Source: Fimbriosthenelais zetlandica
Lineage: Eukaryota
Reading direction: 5' to 3'
Length of the DNA stretch: 64,000 bases
Assembly: GCA_977030845.1 (NCBI GenBank)
Contig: OZ365109.1
Coordinates: forward strand, 53,568,001 to 53,632,000
Position numbers and translations under genes: made by a program. The notes beneath the pieces were generated by a model. That model saw nothing but the letters and a program-made list of their open reading frames with translations, made no database searches and had not been told where the DNA came from. Position 1 is the stretch's first letter. Each line of letters opens with the position of its first letter. Below are positions 1 to 13,307 of the stretch, in pieces.

Positions 1-9
1 CATTGTTCT

Positions 10-52
10 GTGAAACCTTAGCGGAAAGGTGAAACCTTAGCTAAGGTGAAAC
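10..52. repeat. Short imperfect tandem repeat of GTGAAACCTTAGC
   Basis: GTGAAACCTTAGC at 10-22 and 29-41, plus a partial GTGAAAC at 46-52. Confidence 0.7.
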
Positions 53-347
53 ATCAAACTTAAGGCCTATCGATGCTCTCAAATGTTCCTCAATCCGTTC
101 ATTGATATTGCTTTACCATCTATGTTCATCCCTCCTTTACATGTCTCTTCCCTTTTCATACATCCACTATACTGTTGCTCTCATCCTATGAACTTGTTCA
201 TATTCTTCTCCGTTACATCTGTCAGATCGGGTCCCACCATTATTTCTGAAACCCCACATCTACAATTACTTTTCACTGGCCATTCAGTAATAACATCTTC
301 CCCTATGACTGAATTAGATGCCTGCAAGGTTTTTCGTCTTATGACTG

Positions 348-1958
348 TCACACAATAACATGCAGAGGTCGTGTGTCCTGGTCCTGATCTGAATCATAAT
401 CTCTCATGTCATCGTCTCCTGACAGAACACTGGGTCTGCCGGTGTGACGATGGTGCATGTCCTCTTCATAGTCAGCCCCTTCCCTTGCTGATGACCCGTT
501 CTCACATACACCCCCCGCCTTGTTATACTCCCCTTCGTCCTCTCTATTTGTCCTGCCCGAGTCCGTGTTAGCATGACTGCCGTGATGGCAGGTGATTGAG
601 GATCGATAGCTTGGAGGAGGACCTGAATCGTCCAGTTCATTTGTTACTGTCAGGAGGTGCTCATGCTCAATGTTTTCATCCATATTATTGCGCATGTTTG
701 CAGTGTCTTCTTCACAAACCAGAAACCTACTGCCATCTGGCGAGGACTGTGTTGTCATGGGCCGAGCTGGGGCATCTTCTTCCTTATTGGACCAAATGCA
801 AAAGCGTGATAACCAATTTAAATGCTGTTCTTGGATCTTGGCTTTGGATCGGTGTAGGAGGAAGTAATAAATAGCCATGAAGCAAAGACCCACCGCTGAG
901 CCTACAAGTACACAGACAGTGATGACGTAGTAGTATTGTGAACCGGGCAGGTGGATCTTGGGCCGGGTTTGTGTGGTTTTGAGGGCGTAGGGCACCGATA
1001 CCATAATGATGTTTTCTATGATGAAAAGAGTGTAATAAAGGAGGATCTCCCCCTCAGGGCGGTAGTCATTGTGAATTGGGAAATAGGCAAGAACACAATA
1101 AATAGTATGTAGGAAGATTTTGTAGTACCTCACCTTCCAGACAGCTCTGTACACATACGCAAAGAAGATAAAGACTGCCAGGAAATGTGGTAATAAAATG
1201 GCAGCAAGGAGTTCATGATAAAAGTAGAGAAAGTTGACCAGGGCTAATATCCGGGCCCCTAACATTAATGTTTTATAGACCATGATGCAGCTTATCTGGG
1301 CAACGCCAACAAAGGCATGGCGGACTCTCTCCTTACGAACCTTTTCATGGTTCACAGCCCCACCCACTAGAGAAGCAAATGAGAAGCCAGCTGAGAAATA
1401 CTGGATGGTTTCAACGTGATGACTATTCCAGTAGACAAGTACAGCATAGACGTTTATGATCAACATGGTGGCTGACTGGAAGATGCTCTGTGTTAGTTTA
1501 AGCTTGGCAAACGACCATTCTTTGCTGTTTCTTTGTTCAGTAATAATGCAGCAATGTTTGGCTCGGTGTCCAAAATGTTTGAAGCGGTGACCGATAATTC
1601 CCAGCTGGAAGGGCACATTGAGTAACAGGCAGCCGGGTACGTGATAAAAGGGTGGATCTGCGCCTCCAGTGATTCCTCCTCCAGTGCCCTCATATTTGAG
1701 GAGGACTGCATACATGAACGCACAGATGAGACTGTTGGTAACTAACACAAGAAGACAGACTCCGGCCAGCACCATATGGCCACGCAAACCAAACATGGCT
1801 GTCACCCAGACGTCGGTGAAGAGGTCGCCAATCACGATGAGTGTGATCAGCAGAAAGGAAGTGTTCCCTAGACATGAACGCACGGGCTCTGAACACCGGA
1901 TGTCTTGCCATTGTTCTGATTCTAGTCGTTGAGGATTGGGGTCTGTCGGAGTTGGCAT
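348..1958 (-). CDS. XK-related (XKR family) multi-pass membrane protein, single coding exon, 536 aa
   Basis: Long uninterrupted ORF with about 8-10 hydrophobic segments. XK-family hallmarks: GDLFTD in TM1, LKLTQSIFQSA matching the L.L.E.FLES.PQ block, RILALVNF, YYTLFIIEN. It ends in a long acidic, disordered C-terminal tail. The paralog cannot be assigned. Confidence 0.88.
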   Translation of the reverse strand: MPTPTDPNPQRLESEQWQDIRCSEPVRSCLGNTSFLLITLIVIGDLFTDVWVTAMFGLRGHMVLAGVCLLVLVTNSLICAFMYAVLLKYEGTGGGITGGADPPFYHVPGCLLLNVPFQLGIIGHRFKHFGHRAKHCCIITEQRNSKEWSFAKLKLTQSIFQSATMLIINVYAVLVYWNSHHVETIQYFSAGFSFASLVGGAVNHEKVRKERVRHAFVGVAQISCIMVYKTLMLGARILALVNFLYFYHELLAAILLPHFLAVFIFFAYVYRAVWKVRYYKIFLHTIYCVLAYFPIHNDYRPEGEILLYYTLFIIENIIMVSVPYALKTTQTRPKIHLPGSQYYYVITVCVLVGSAVGLCFMAIYYFLLHRSKAKIQEQHLNWLSRFCIWSNKEEDAPARPMTTQSSPDGSRFLVCEEDTANMRNNMDENIEHEHLLTVTNELDDSGPPPSYRSSITCHHGSHANTDSGRTNREDEGEYNKAGGVCENGSSAREGADYEEDMHHRHTGRPSVLSGDDDMRDYDSDQDQDTRPLHVIV

Positions 1959-1993
1959 TGTAGCCTAGTGATGTCCTCACAGAGCCCGAGGCA

Positions 1994-2002
1994 AAGATGG
2001 CG
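1994..2002 (+). promoter_or_regulatory. YY1-type AAGATGGCG motif 36-44 bp upstream of the XKR start codon
   Basis: AAGATGGCGCC in a locally GC-richer stretch. The motif is typical of housekeeping promoters and start-codon contexts. Confidence 0.4.
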
Positions 2003-5000
2003 CCGACCGGCAAGAAGGGTAAAAGGGGCAGCGTTTGAGGTTTGACAAACCCATCAGGACCTGCAATGAAAAAGTAATTCAATAATCTGAAAACATTTGC
2101 CTGAAATGGGCTTTGAGCTTTGGGAAATGACCTTAAGGTCGATGCCATTAGGAGATTGCATATTTATTTATAAGCTCACAGCGATGTAGCAAATTCATTA
2201 AATGTTGTCGCAAGATGATACACATTAGTAGATCTATATGAAAATTGGATTTTTTTATTTCAGGGGAAGGATGTACATGTATGATGCATGATCCACTATT
2301 GTCTTGTTAGTTTTATGGAGGGCAACATTCTATCCAAAACACATTCAAAATTAAAATTGTTAAAATTAAATTGTTAAAAACGCATTGAGCCATTTGAAAC
2401 GCATTAATTGCCAATGATAAATATGTGTGTGATGCCTCCAGGGATCCAAGGCTTCCCTTGGTATAATCAAGCATATCAATCGTTATTATACAGAGCATCG
2501 GACTATACAACTAACAAGAAAGTCATAAACAACTATACTTAATTGGAACGATCTGAGATTCTAATCTCTGATTAGATGTCTCCTATATAAGTATACATAT
2601 GAATCATAAAGCACATTGATTTTTTCGCTCACTCTCTCTCTATATATGCAGAGAGTCCAGTTTATTGGATTGGTCCATAATTATTCTGAAGTATGGTTAA
2701 CTAGAAGCCTAGTATGGCAGGAGACACTGATCGTGATCGTAAGCTGTGGATAAGAAGTATCTCCTGTTATGGTCTGCTTAAAGTATAATATACCTACCAA
2801 TGTGGATGCAGGTACATGTATAAGGATGGCCTTTAAATCTTCTGAAGCTTTCGTCCCACTTCTACTATATAGGAGATTTTAAATCACTATCCTGAGGTCC
2901 CATCCCTGCCCTTTTCTAGATGCACATTGATATTGTATCTACCCGTGATCCCCCAAGGTTACTGATAATGGTGCTAGACCAGGCATGATGACATTGCCTA
3001 GAGACTTGGGTCAAGCACTCTGTCAAGAAAAGTGGAGAACGCCATGTTCAATCATGTACTAGGTTGAGCAAAGTGAAGGAAAACTTGCTGGAAAGTTTCC
3101 ATAAACGTAGTAACAATATTAACTAATTCCTCCCCTAGTCATGACAACCTTTCATAGTTCCCTAGAGCACTGCAGAACCCCTTTAAGACATATAAATATT
3201 TACAGAACACCAAGGCCATAGTATGCTCGTCCCTGTACATTAAGCCTTGAGAGGCCTGGACTTCACTCCTCGAGCAGAACTTCGAAGATAGCCCGCTCAT
3301 CATTATTCAGAATATTGGATAAATCTCTTAAATGTTGAGACACAAAATTAATTGAAATAGCTTTTAGGCTTTATTGAAATGCCCATTCCGAATTTTACAA
3401 CAAAGTTTGTGTTTCTCAATAAATAGTCATTTATTTAATAACTATTACAGTTCAAGATTGACTCACATTACATGATTGTATACACAATTTGGTCATATAA
3501 AATATGACGGAACCTCAATTAAATAATTATTCCAATGTATGACAATTTTGAAGCAACTTCCAATAACAATGAACCCAAATGGGCTCACACTAATCCTGCT
3601 TAAATCACTGCCAAATCCTGCTGCCACTTTAGACGAACTCACCTGCACGCTCTTGTTTTGTACAGAATCAATGATCTTTCCTTTTGAAGAGAGTAGATTG
3701 TATTGGAGGTATTCACACTCTGTCTCTTTGTATAGGAATGTGAATAGAGAAGGAGATTTTACCTCAGCAGGTTTTACCTTGGAGTTGCACATAACCTGTA
3801 CGGCCTTCCAGTTCAATGTACCCCAAGCCAACACACACGCAGAGCCTGCATTCAGGGGCACGGATTTCGTGTCACCACCTGATTGAATGATTGAGCGATA
3901 TTCGTCCCTAAACTAAGGCAGTGAATAGAAATGTAAGTAGAGATGGACTAAATGGGAACATCCCATGAATTAACGTGATACATCCCTACTTCATGATACC
4001 AGCATGGCTGAGTATATTATATATACAAGTGAATCATAGTCCTTACATTGAATACTTTATACTGAATATATTTTTTCTGTACAACTGAAACTGACTCAAT
4101 AATAAGTGACTAAAACTATGAAAAGGTTCTTAATATCAAATAGGCCTACATGTACCATTAGCAGGGTGGTTTTAACCTTGATCGGCTATTTAAAGTACAT
4201 TGACAAGCTACCCATCAATTGATTGCCTATTTGCATGGCACATTAACGTGTACTTGGTCAGTGCATGCATGTTCATTTCTGGGTTTCATTTGACATGAGC
4301 TGCAGTGCAAAAGCATGGAGGATACAGGCAAATTCCCATACATGTCCACAACCTCTTCTTTTAGAGGTATATAGTCAGGAATATGTTTGGGGCTCCCTGC
4401 CAATGCTGAGGTTCAATCGGACCCATGTAAACAGCAGGCAGCATCCTCAGCAAGGCATTTGCATGTGCTTATCAAATTAGGGGGATTTATGGTTGAGGAA
4501 CCAAGTAATTACGGTACCCTTACCCGGATCGATAAGATCTGAACTGCATTGTGGTTTGTTGCATGCAGAGTCCTGATATGATGGAACCATCTACAAGGTA
4601 TGCGAAGCCACTTTGTAACACGTAACACTCACTTAGGGTGAGAAACATGGCACATGATAAATACTCCCTGTCCTCGCATTGAAGTGGCTCTTTTTCGATG
4701 TTCGCATGAAAATGATAAATGTCCAGAACGACAGGTGGGTTTGGGCAGCTATACTTGAACTCTTTATGCCGGTCATAACATGCTGTCATATAATATTGTC
4801 GACGTATCTTAAAGCTTGTATGTTGAGCCTATAGTGCTGTGGACAAATTGGATCTTTGGTGTGGCCCATATAGGAAGTGAAAGGTCATGACTCATGGTCT
4901 CCAGTGGGCTGGCATCAAAGACTGCAGCCTTGTATAGTTTGTCAGGCGTTTGTTGGCCACAATAGGGAGAGACCAATATGTATACACATGATCACTATAG

Positions 5001-5545
5001 GCCATCTCTATTGGGGACGTATCTAATGATGCCGGTTACTGCCCCGAGGACCCTCTATCACATATGATGAATATAACCCATAGCATCATCTGGTATCAAC
5101 GCTCAATAGGCGGTGTGGTGTACAGCAGTTAAATTTATAGTGTTTTGAAATAACACTTGAAGCCATTATGACTGTAAAACACGTTTAGAATAAGAATATA
5201 TAGGCTATATTATGGACTTTGCTACTTGCTTCACCAAGGAGAAACAGAGGGAAAAATGGGAAGTGTCAACTTGGGATTATGTGGCTGAACAGGCAATAAA
5301 ACAAGTAAATTGCCAACAATGAGTGCTAAGTAAGGTATCGAAACTGAATGTATACAATACAGGAAGCCATAGTGCCACTCCACCAATGTCGGGATTCGGA
5401 AGGAAATGGTTGCAATCACCATGAAATAGTACCCTGGAGGAATCAAGCGGAGCTGGAATTACCATACATAGGCCTACATAAACTACAGTCATCCGTAACC
5501 CTGATTAAATTACCACAGGCCTATAAAACATTCGTTTCCAAGTCA

Positions 5546-6094
5546 TCACTGGAGGAAAAGATGAATGCCTCCCATCGGCCCAGTACAACACACTAACACA
5601 AATATATCGTCCACAGATGTTATCCTAAAGTGTTTGCGATGAATAATAAATGTATTATTGTCTTCCCTTCTCAGAGGAGGGCTTGGGAAAGGAAGACGTA
5701 GGAGTTCCTTCTCAGAACCAGCAATAAATGCATCATGATTCATATGAGGGGAAATGTGCCTTATCCTGAATAGCTCTATGGGATTCCTGACCCCGGGTTC
5801 TTGAAACCTTGGGGAGACAAAATATGGGAGCTTATTATGTTTAATTATGGGGCATTCGATAAGGTCCTTACAGATTGCCTCTTGAAGGCTGAGAAGGCAA
5901 TATGTCACTGGAAATGTCTGGGATTCATATATATTAGGATACATTTGTATTTGGATTCCCCCGTGGATTCTCCTTAGTACCATCTCCAACATTTCCCTGG
6001 ACAATTTCTTATTAGTATAATGCACCAGAGGGCGATCCCCTATATGAGACAGCATGGGATGACACAATATGAAGTAGCTTATTAGTGGACATTA
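5546..6094 (-). other. Unidentified ~180-codon stop-free segment (possible exon or decayed coding sequence)
   Basis: The frame is open from 6094 to 5546 in AT-rich DNA and has protein-like composition (KHNKLPYFVSPRFQEPGVRNPIELFRIRHISP). No recognisable motif or clear splice donor. Confidence 0.3.
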
Positions 6095-8173
6095 TAGTTA
6101 ATGATACTAACAGGTCTATTTTCTAGAAGCCAACAATTAATCAAACAAAAATGACATCATTTCCTGGTAGAAATATGGTGTTCCTGTTATCAAATCCACT
6201 ATAGCTGAAAGATTTATAATCCCATGACAAGTTCGGAAGGAGTCTTGAGTATGTTCAGATTTACCATGAAGCAATAAAAAGCTAATCCTTTGGGAATTGC
6301 ACAACACGGCGGCAGTCGGGATTTGGACTGTTGTATATCTCAGGCACAGAGGAATAAATCAATTTCAACTGAGGCAAAGAGAAGCTCATCAATGGAAGTG
6401 ACAACCTAATTACCGCGGAATAGATTTGCAGAGATTTGTGCACTACAATTCATGTAATTAGCCAATCAGGACAGGCCTTAGAGGAGATCGGCAGCTTAGT
6501 GTCCTCCCTTTTTATACCGCATCATTTTGTCTGTGTTTAAATGTTCTTATAATTGTAAGCTGAATGCTTTGTGTGAACATATTGGAAGTGATTAAAAGCC
6601 TTCAGGCTACTGGAGGTTGTTTCCTTGATTCCTATCTTTGTTCATAATTACATGTATATTAGGCAAGTGATAGAGAGAATCTGCATGGTACCTGTTTCGT
6701 GTCAAACAGGTTCCGTAATTAGTCTTTGTAAAATAACTTTCTATAAGTGCACTGACGTAACTTCATTGCGATTTCGTTAGGTAATATATAGATATAGTGA
6801 TATTAAAACACATTCTTCTTCCCTGTTCACGAAAAGAATAAAGTAGACATATAACTGGATTTGTATACGATATCATATTGCTAATAGTGCAGATTTTGAT
6901 TGTGCTCCAACAAAGCCACACTAAATGACTATGATGTATTGCTATGGAGCTTCAGGGTGCAGGCAAAACTAATCGATCACTGTAATTATTGAGTGAAGCC
7001 TGCTGCAGATACTCGACCGTAGGGAAGTAATGGGAACTGTAGACCATAGGCTAATGAGTTGGTTTCAGAAGGGTCAGTGCCAACTAGCCATCACTAAGCA
7101 CGAGCTATGGTGACATTGTCATCCACAAACTCCCATAGAACAAAAGTTAAAAGTCAATGTTTCGGACTTTGTAGCAAAACATTGACATTATGGGACAAAC
7201 TCTTTAGGATGAATGTGAGATACAACTATAGTGTTCTAGTGAAGACTTCAACCGAAATCATTATAATTATAGACTGGCAACTGCAACTGCCTGGTTATTT
7301 ACACTATATATGATCTCTTAAAAATATTAAATCACCCAGAAATGTTATCATATTTTATCATATATTAGTGCAAAAACCCATGTCTTTGTTGGTAACCAAT
7401 AGCACTATATACATGCTGAAAATCACTGCAAGAACTTTTACTGTCTGCTCCATGAACCTATTTTTGTTGTATAAAGATTCTGATTTTTTTAAATGGTAAC
7501 TTCATATATTCTGAGGTAATGAGACAATATGGAGGCTTGGAGGTTTTTAGGGGGTAGGAGGCTAGCGATGCTTCAGACAGCACAATTAATTGTTTCTCAT
7601 GCTATTTGTCCCCAGCATGGCGGATGGATTATTTTATTGGCAGTTTGTACAGCTATTAACACAGCTCGGTCTTCTAAGTGCTGCTATAAAGTTGTCGATT
7701 CATTAAGCTCGGAAGTCAAGCCAATCCATGACTGCCAAGGGTACCAATTCAATGGCCTGATTCGGTTCCTGGATTAATGGATTTTGTTACATTAGGTGCG
7801 TCATAAATGGTTCTGTCTGAGTGATCATACAATGGTCACGAGCTCTAAAAACCTGTCATTTATCATGATTGGTCATTCCATCCCCTCAAAAATAAGTGAT
7901 ACGTGGATGAGCCATGATTCCTCTAACACTAGGAGGTTCGATTGGTAGTCTGCTAATAGTTTTTTTTCTGAATTTTTTATTCATAATATTTCAACAATGC
8001 AAAAACCTGTTTTCTTTTATTTAGTTGTTTTTTGCAGGGGTACCATTGCTTTAATTTACATCTGATTTTTCTTTCAGTCATTAAGTAAAGGATAACTGAC
8101 GAATATCCGGTAAAAGACCGGGGATGCGAAAGACCATTAAATTACATCAATTATGATGGATTCTTTGAGGTCC

Positions 8174-8685
8174 TTAATTGAGGACTGCCTCATGAATGCC
8201 TTGTGCACTGAGGAACAATTTACTACTTCCTTCTGGCAAAATAAATGGAAGAAACACAGTATACATGGAACTTAATATGGGCATCAGTATTGCTAAAAAG
8301 CCTGTGACAAAATTAACTATATCAATTTTAGCAGGATCATGTGGAATGATATTCATGATCATGTCCGTACCGAGGCAAATATTGTATAATATCAAAATTG
8401 CCACTGCTAGCATGCATGCAATTGCAAGGTAAAATAGACTATCCTCAATAGCTCTTACTGTTATGGCCAGTTCCATGTCAGAGCAGGTACCAGCCCAATA
8501 TTGGAAGTAGTTCCTGCAATGTGTTTGGGGTATGTATGCCTGGGAAAGTGGCAGAGCTGGATAGCGTTGAGAGGGGTAGGTCACACTTAATCCATCAGCT
8601 GCGTTCAGCTCCATGGAATCCCCAAATAGAATCGGGCAAATGGTTTCTTTTGGAAATTGGAAACAGGGGGCATTCAAGGACACCC
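8174..8685 (-). other. Unidentified ORF/exon encoding 2-3 transmembrane segments
   Basis: Open frame of about 170 codons with hydrophobic runs LFYLAIACMLAVAILILYNICL and IVNFVTGFLAILMPILSSMYTVFLPFIL. A plausible acceptor (cattttatag) ends at 8686. Family not recognised. Confidence 0.35.
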
Positions 8686-11600
8686 CTATAAAATGATGTG
8701 CATGCCCTTCTGTGCACTAATTCACTCACAAATTGCGCCGTGTTTCAATGCGGCTGCTGGCTGACCATGCCTGCTTATTGAAGGCTGTCCTAGGCTGCTC
8801 ATACCACCAGATATAGCAATTCAGAGCATAATATATTATAAAGAAAGGGAAAGGGATAAGTATTGGTACCTCAACCTGAACCCTATTACACCTTGTTTCC
8901 TGGTAGAATAGGCATAGGACCATGCACTCTCTTATTCACTCACTGTAACTTCATTTGAATCTCATTTAAGAGCGAGTTTTCTAAGGCATCACCTATAGAG
9001 CTTCTTCCCCGAATTCAATGATTACTGAAGGCAACATCTCCATACATGACTAAATGATGCCTATTTAAGCCTTTGAATGGATTTAATATCCTCAGTTCTA
9101 GATATAGTAGGCTTCAGAACAGGGAAGGTCGGATAGTAGGCCTAGCTACATAATTAATTATTATCCATAGACAAGTTATATAGGAACAATGCTTAAAACC
9201 TAGTATATACTCTGCACATTTCTTGAAAAAATAATAGAACCATACTGGTATTACACAAAGTTTGAGATAGAGCCACATTTAATCAGGGCAATAGACAGCA
9301 ACTTCACTTACGCAGCACCAGATAATATTCCTTCTCCTGCAAAATGTGACAGATGTAGAGCTATATCATGATCTCGAACACTACGATGACGCCCTGAAGG
9401 CCTGGAGGCATAAGAATGACGCTGCCTTCTTCAACTTCGAAATTAATGGCATCGTCAGACCAACTTGAACAGTATTAATGATGCTGATTATTTCCTTAAA
9501 TGAAATTCAAGCAAATACAAATTAAGGAGAGAGACAGACCCCCAAATTAGCCTTCACGATAAATGTGACCTCTCTTAAGATTGACCATTCTAGTTTTAGA
9601 AATTTCTGCATCATGACAGAAATAGCAGAACGTCAGGCTGTCCGCATATCCGCCATATCGATGCAGACCAATTGTGTGTATTCATGGTTCTATTTGCTTG
9701 CATGGGGCAGGACTGGGGCCGTGCCACATATTAGTGGGACCCTATATTTTCTGCAAAAGGTATAGAGTACCAAAGGAGAACCGAAGGGACCATAATATGA
9801 TCTCTATACAGCCTATGAGCGCTTAGAATTCATGCCAGCCAACAATCAACAGGCAATCTGTTTATACATGTATATGAGAGCTTGACTAAAAGATAAACTC
9901 TTCATTCTTTGAACCTATTTGCAAGTTAAAATTCTGGAAAATGGGTTCCCCACTGGTGAAAATGAACCCGTGCTGTTGAGCTGGCATAAGGTGCAGTAGT
10001 CTATTATTATTTCATGAGTGCTTTTCCTGTCATGTACGCTAACTGTGGCCATTATGTGGCTTCATTTTTAAGGCCAACGACAGGACGAGCAAGGACTGCT
10101 TACTAAACACCTATCTAAGCCAAGCATTGTCTACACACCAAGTTCATAGGCATCTTAGCATCACCAATATCCCATGGCGCTATAATAATTATATATGGAG
10201 CATATATATATGTTGCCATGCACTGTGCTTGGACATTTTTATAAACCTAACAGGGCATGTGATGTATGATGAGCGTTTGGCAAAAAAAATTGAACATGAA
10301 TCGATCTCGATGTATTTTTGCTATCCGGATGAGAAGCTTTGTAATTAGGCCTAGAATGCATGCCATTATATATGCATTATATCTAGAAGCATAACATGTG
10401 CTTGAAAATTCATAGCTGTGTATCTTATATGGCTCCAAGCCTCAGCTGAAATAAAACATGAAGTCCACCTTACAGGGAATGAGACCAATCTAAAATAGAG
10501 ATATATTTGGGACCTGCGTAAGGAAATGTGGGGTAATTGTTAACTCTTGAGGAATAAATTCCATGCCGGTTCATTTTATTAGGCTTGGCTTATCGTGATA
10601 TCTAGAGACATCAAGATAAGCATGTGACAGGGACAGAAGATGGATGTTTCCGTCATCAAGAACCGCTAGATCACAATCAAGAGGAAATTGCTGTCACTTT
10701 GAAAAGAAAACTCTTAGATCAGAGTTCCTCGTTAACACCACTAGCACAAGCGACACCAGATTTTCCAACATTTATGTCTCCCAGTCGCAACAAATATTGG
10801 TTTTAGCTATTTGTAATGAATAGCTTGTGGTGACTGGGTATTTAAACTGGAAGTGAAGCTGTATTTGGCTGTGGGAAGGAAGACGGAAGATATTCAGAAG
10901 TGACCCAATTCAAACTTCAATATTGACAGTCTTATTTAGTCTGCTTGGTCACAGCTCCCCTCGACGATGGGACCTGGTTATTTGATTTGCTGATTTGTCC
11001 CGAGTTGACCATGTTGCATTGCCCGTGGCTTGGCAAGATGAAGTCAGAAGGCAAGAAGACAAATTTGACTCTCTGTACTAATACCTCCTGTTCTGCTAGC
11101 ACTAATGTAGAGTAGTTTGGGGGTAAATTGAGAAAATGGGAACATTTATTTCCTTCTCGGCGGTGATTACTTGAAGATTACCCTGTATATTTCATATGCG
11201 AACCGGGGGGAAATGGTACAGAAAATGACTTATAGTATATATGCAATGTACGTAAATATGGTGCTAGTACCTTAGAAACGAAAAATGATACCAAATTCAT
11301 GGCCTTCTTTGCTATATTGGACAGATTAAAACCTTATAGGTGGTTGACGTAGATCCATGTATGTCTATTTATCATGGTACTGTCATCAATGCAACAACAA
11401 TGTACAACAACAGAGTTTTTACAACAAACCATTTCGAATCATTCCACAAATAAAATTCCAGAACAATACTTTGCACTGAGCCAAGTTTGGGCCCTCGTCC
11501 ATACAGAAGGGCTTTATTGAACCAAAAAATCAGCTTTGAATATTTCATTCGTATCGTTTTTTTTATCTTGATATAATTTGAGAAATCCTAAAATGTGCCA

Positions 11601-12285
11601 TTAAAACAGGGATAACTGGTCAGGCGAGCCCTCTGACCTTTCATAAATATCTACAGGACAACATAAAATCAAGTTTTCCTCAAATCTAGGGCAAGTTAGA
11701 GACAGACGTTCAATACCGTTTCAATATGAATATTAGCCATAGACTTAGCATTGCTAATATTCCTTTTGAAACCTTTGACTTACATGTTATATAAATCAAA
11801 TTGAACGTAACGTCATCCTGACACATGCCCCTCCTACATCTATTATAATTGTAACAACCGACATCAATTACAGGGAAAGAACAGACAATTCAGATGCATG
11901 GGTGGAAGGCTTTACGGTTTATTAAATCAATATTTCAATGGACCATTTTGTTGACAATAATATTTTGTAAGAGGTGATAATCCAAGTGCCATTACATATT
12001 GCTGTTAGTATTGTACAGGGCTTCTAGACAGCTCTGATTACCAGCAGCATTCTTCAGGGGATCCATTCATTCAAGATAAAGAGCTGAGTTCTCATCTCTA
12101 TAATTCCCCCAAACGCATTTTGCACATGAATTATTGTTGCAAGGGCTTTGTTAAAATTCCTCTTGCGTGCTTTTCTCAAAGCACAAATTGCCCTAAACTG
12201 CAGTACACCGCAGCATTTGGGGGCTCTTTCAAACCATTGTTGAATATTCTTATTCGTATATGAATTGTTCCTATTACCCTGGATT

Positions 12286-12415
12286 CAGTGGCGTATGAAA
12301 GGAGGTGGAGGGGGAACCATAGCCCCCACTTTTACCTGTTACAGGCTCAGATATTGTTTCGCCGAATACAAGTAAAATGGAGCAACCCCCACCCCCACAT
12401 TCATAGGCCTTCCTG
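12286..12415. mobile_element. Small hAT-like MITE remnant
   Basis: Begins CAGTGGCGTATGAA and ends TTCATAGGCC..CTG (imperfect inverted termini), with G-rich and C-rich subterminal arms. No clear target-site duplication. Confidence 0.35.
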
Positions 12416-13307
12416 TGAATGTTCAGCTCCCTTCAGTTTGATACAAAGAGACATAAAATAGAGCCAGTGTAATTTACAGAACACAGATGGCGTGATCACC
12501 ATCTAATGCGCGGCCCATGCCATTACATGAGTGTGAACAAATCATGAGGCAAGGTCACGGAGGTGAAGGCTGACATTTGAAGGTCATTTATGGAGGTCAA
12601 CTACCCCTTTCTGAGCCTATACCATTGGATCCAGAACTTGTTATAATTGAACGACATTTGGCCTCTCAACGACGGTAGTGCTTGTCAACACGCTATCATG
12701 TTTTTGACATAAACCTGATGACTATGCTGACCTAGTATGACACATACACCAGAACTGTATGCTCTATATTTTTTGTCTCTAAGAGAGGGATGACTAGGAG
12801 GTTAAGGTATACCGACAGTGCCCATCCAGGAATACATTTTTCTAAAGGCTTATGTTCAACATAGTCCAGGAGCAAGTAATCGCTATTGGTTCCAGTTTAG
12901 TTCACCTCGCTCTAAAACCAGAGTGCCAGATGATTTAGAAAGGTTTTGATCACAGTGATACCAGTAGCAACTTGCAGGACATCTGAAGCTGTTTTTCTGT
13001 AATAATTTGTGGAAAATAATATGAGGACTATTGCAAAATAGCTGGTCCACATCATCTCCTGTGAAAACCTTCTATGGGTTGTTATGAAACTGTCCCCTGA
13101 TTGCTCTTTCTTGATCTAGGTTCTTGTATATATCGAGGAGAGAAGCTTTGAAAGCAGACAAAGGTCCTTTGAAAACTTTGGTCCTCCTTCAATTTCTGAG
13201 AGGAAGCATAAATTGCTACAACTAGGACCAGTGATAGGGCAGAGAGATGTTCAAAGAACCGGAGCTCCTATCATCAAAACAAGGCTAAACACTGGGGTTT
13301 TTCACCA

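Noticed and set aside
83-2148. Short ORFs overlapping XKR (83-358, 371-571, 596-874, 1690-2148 and others)
   Set aside because: Antisense or alternate-frame shadows of the XKR CDS with no independent signals.
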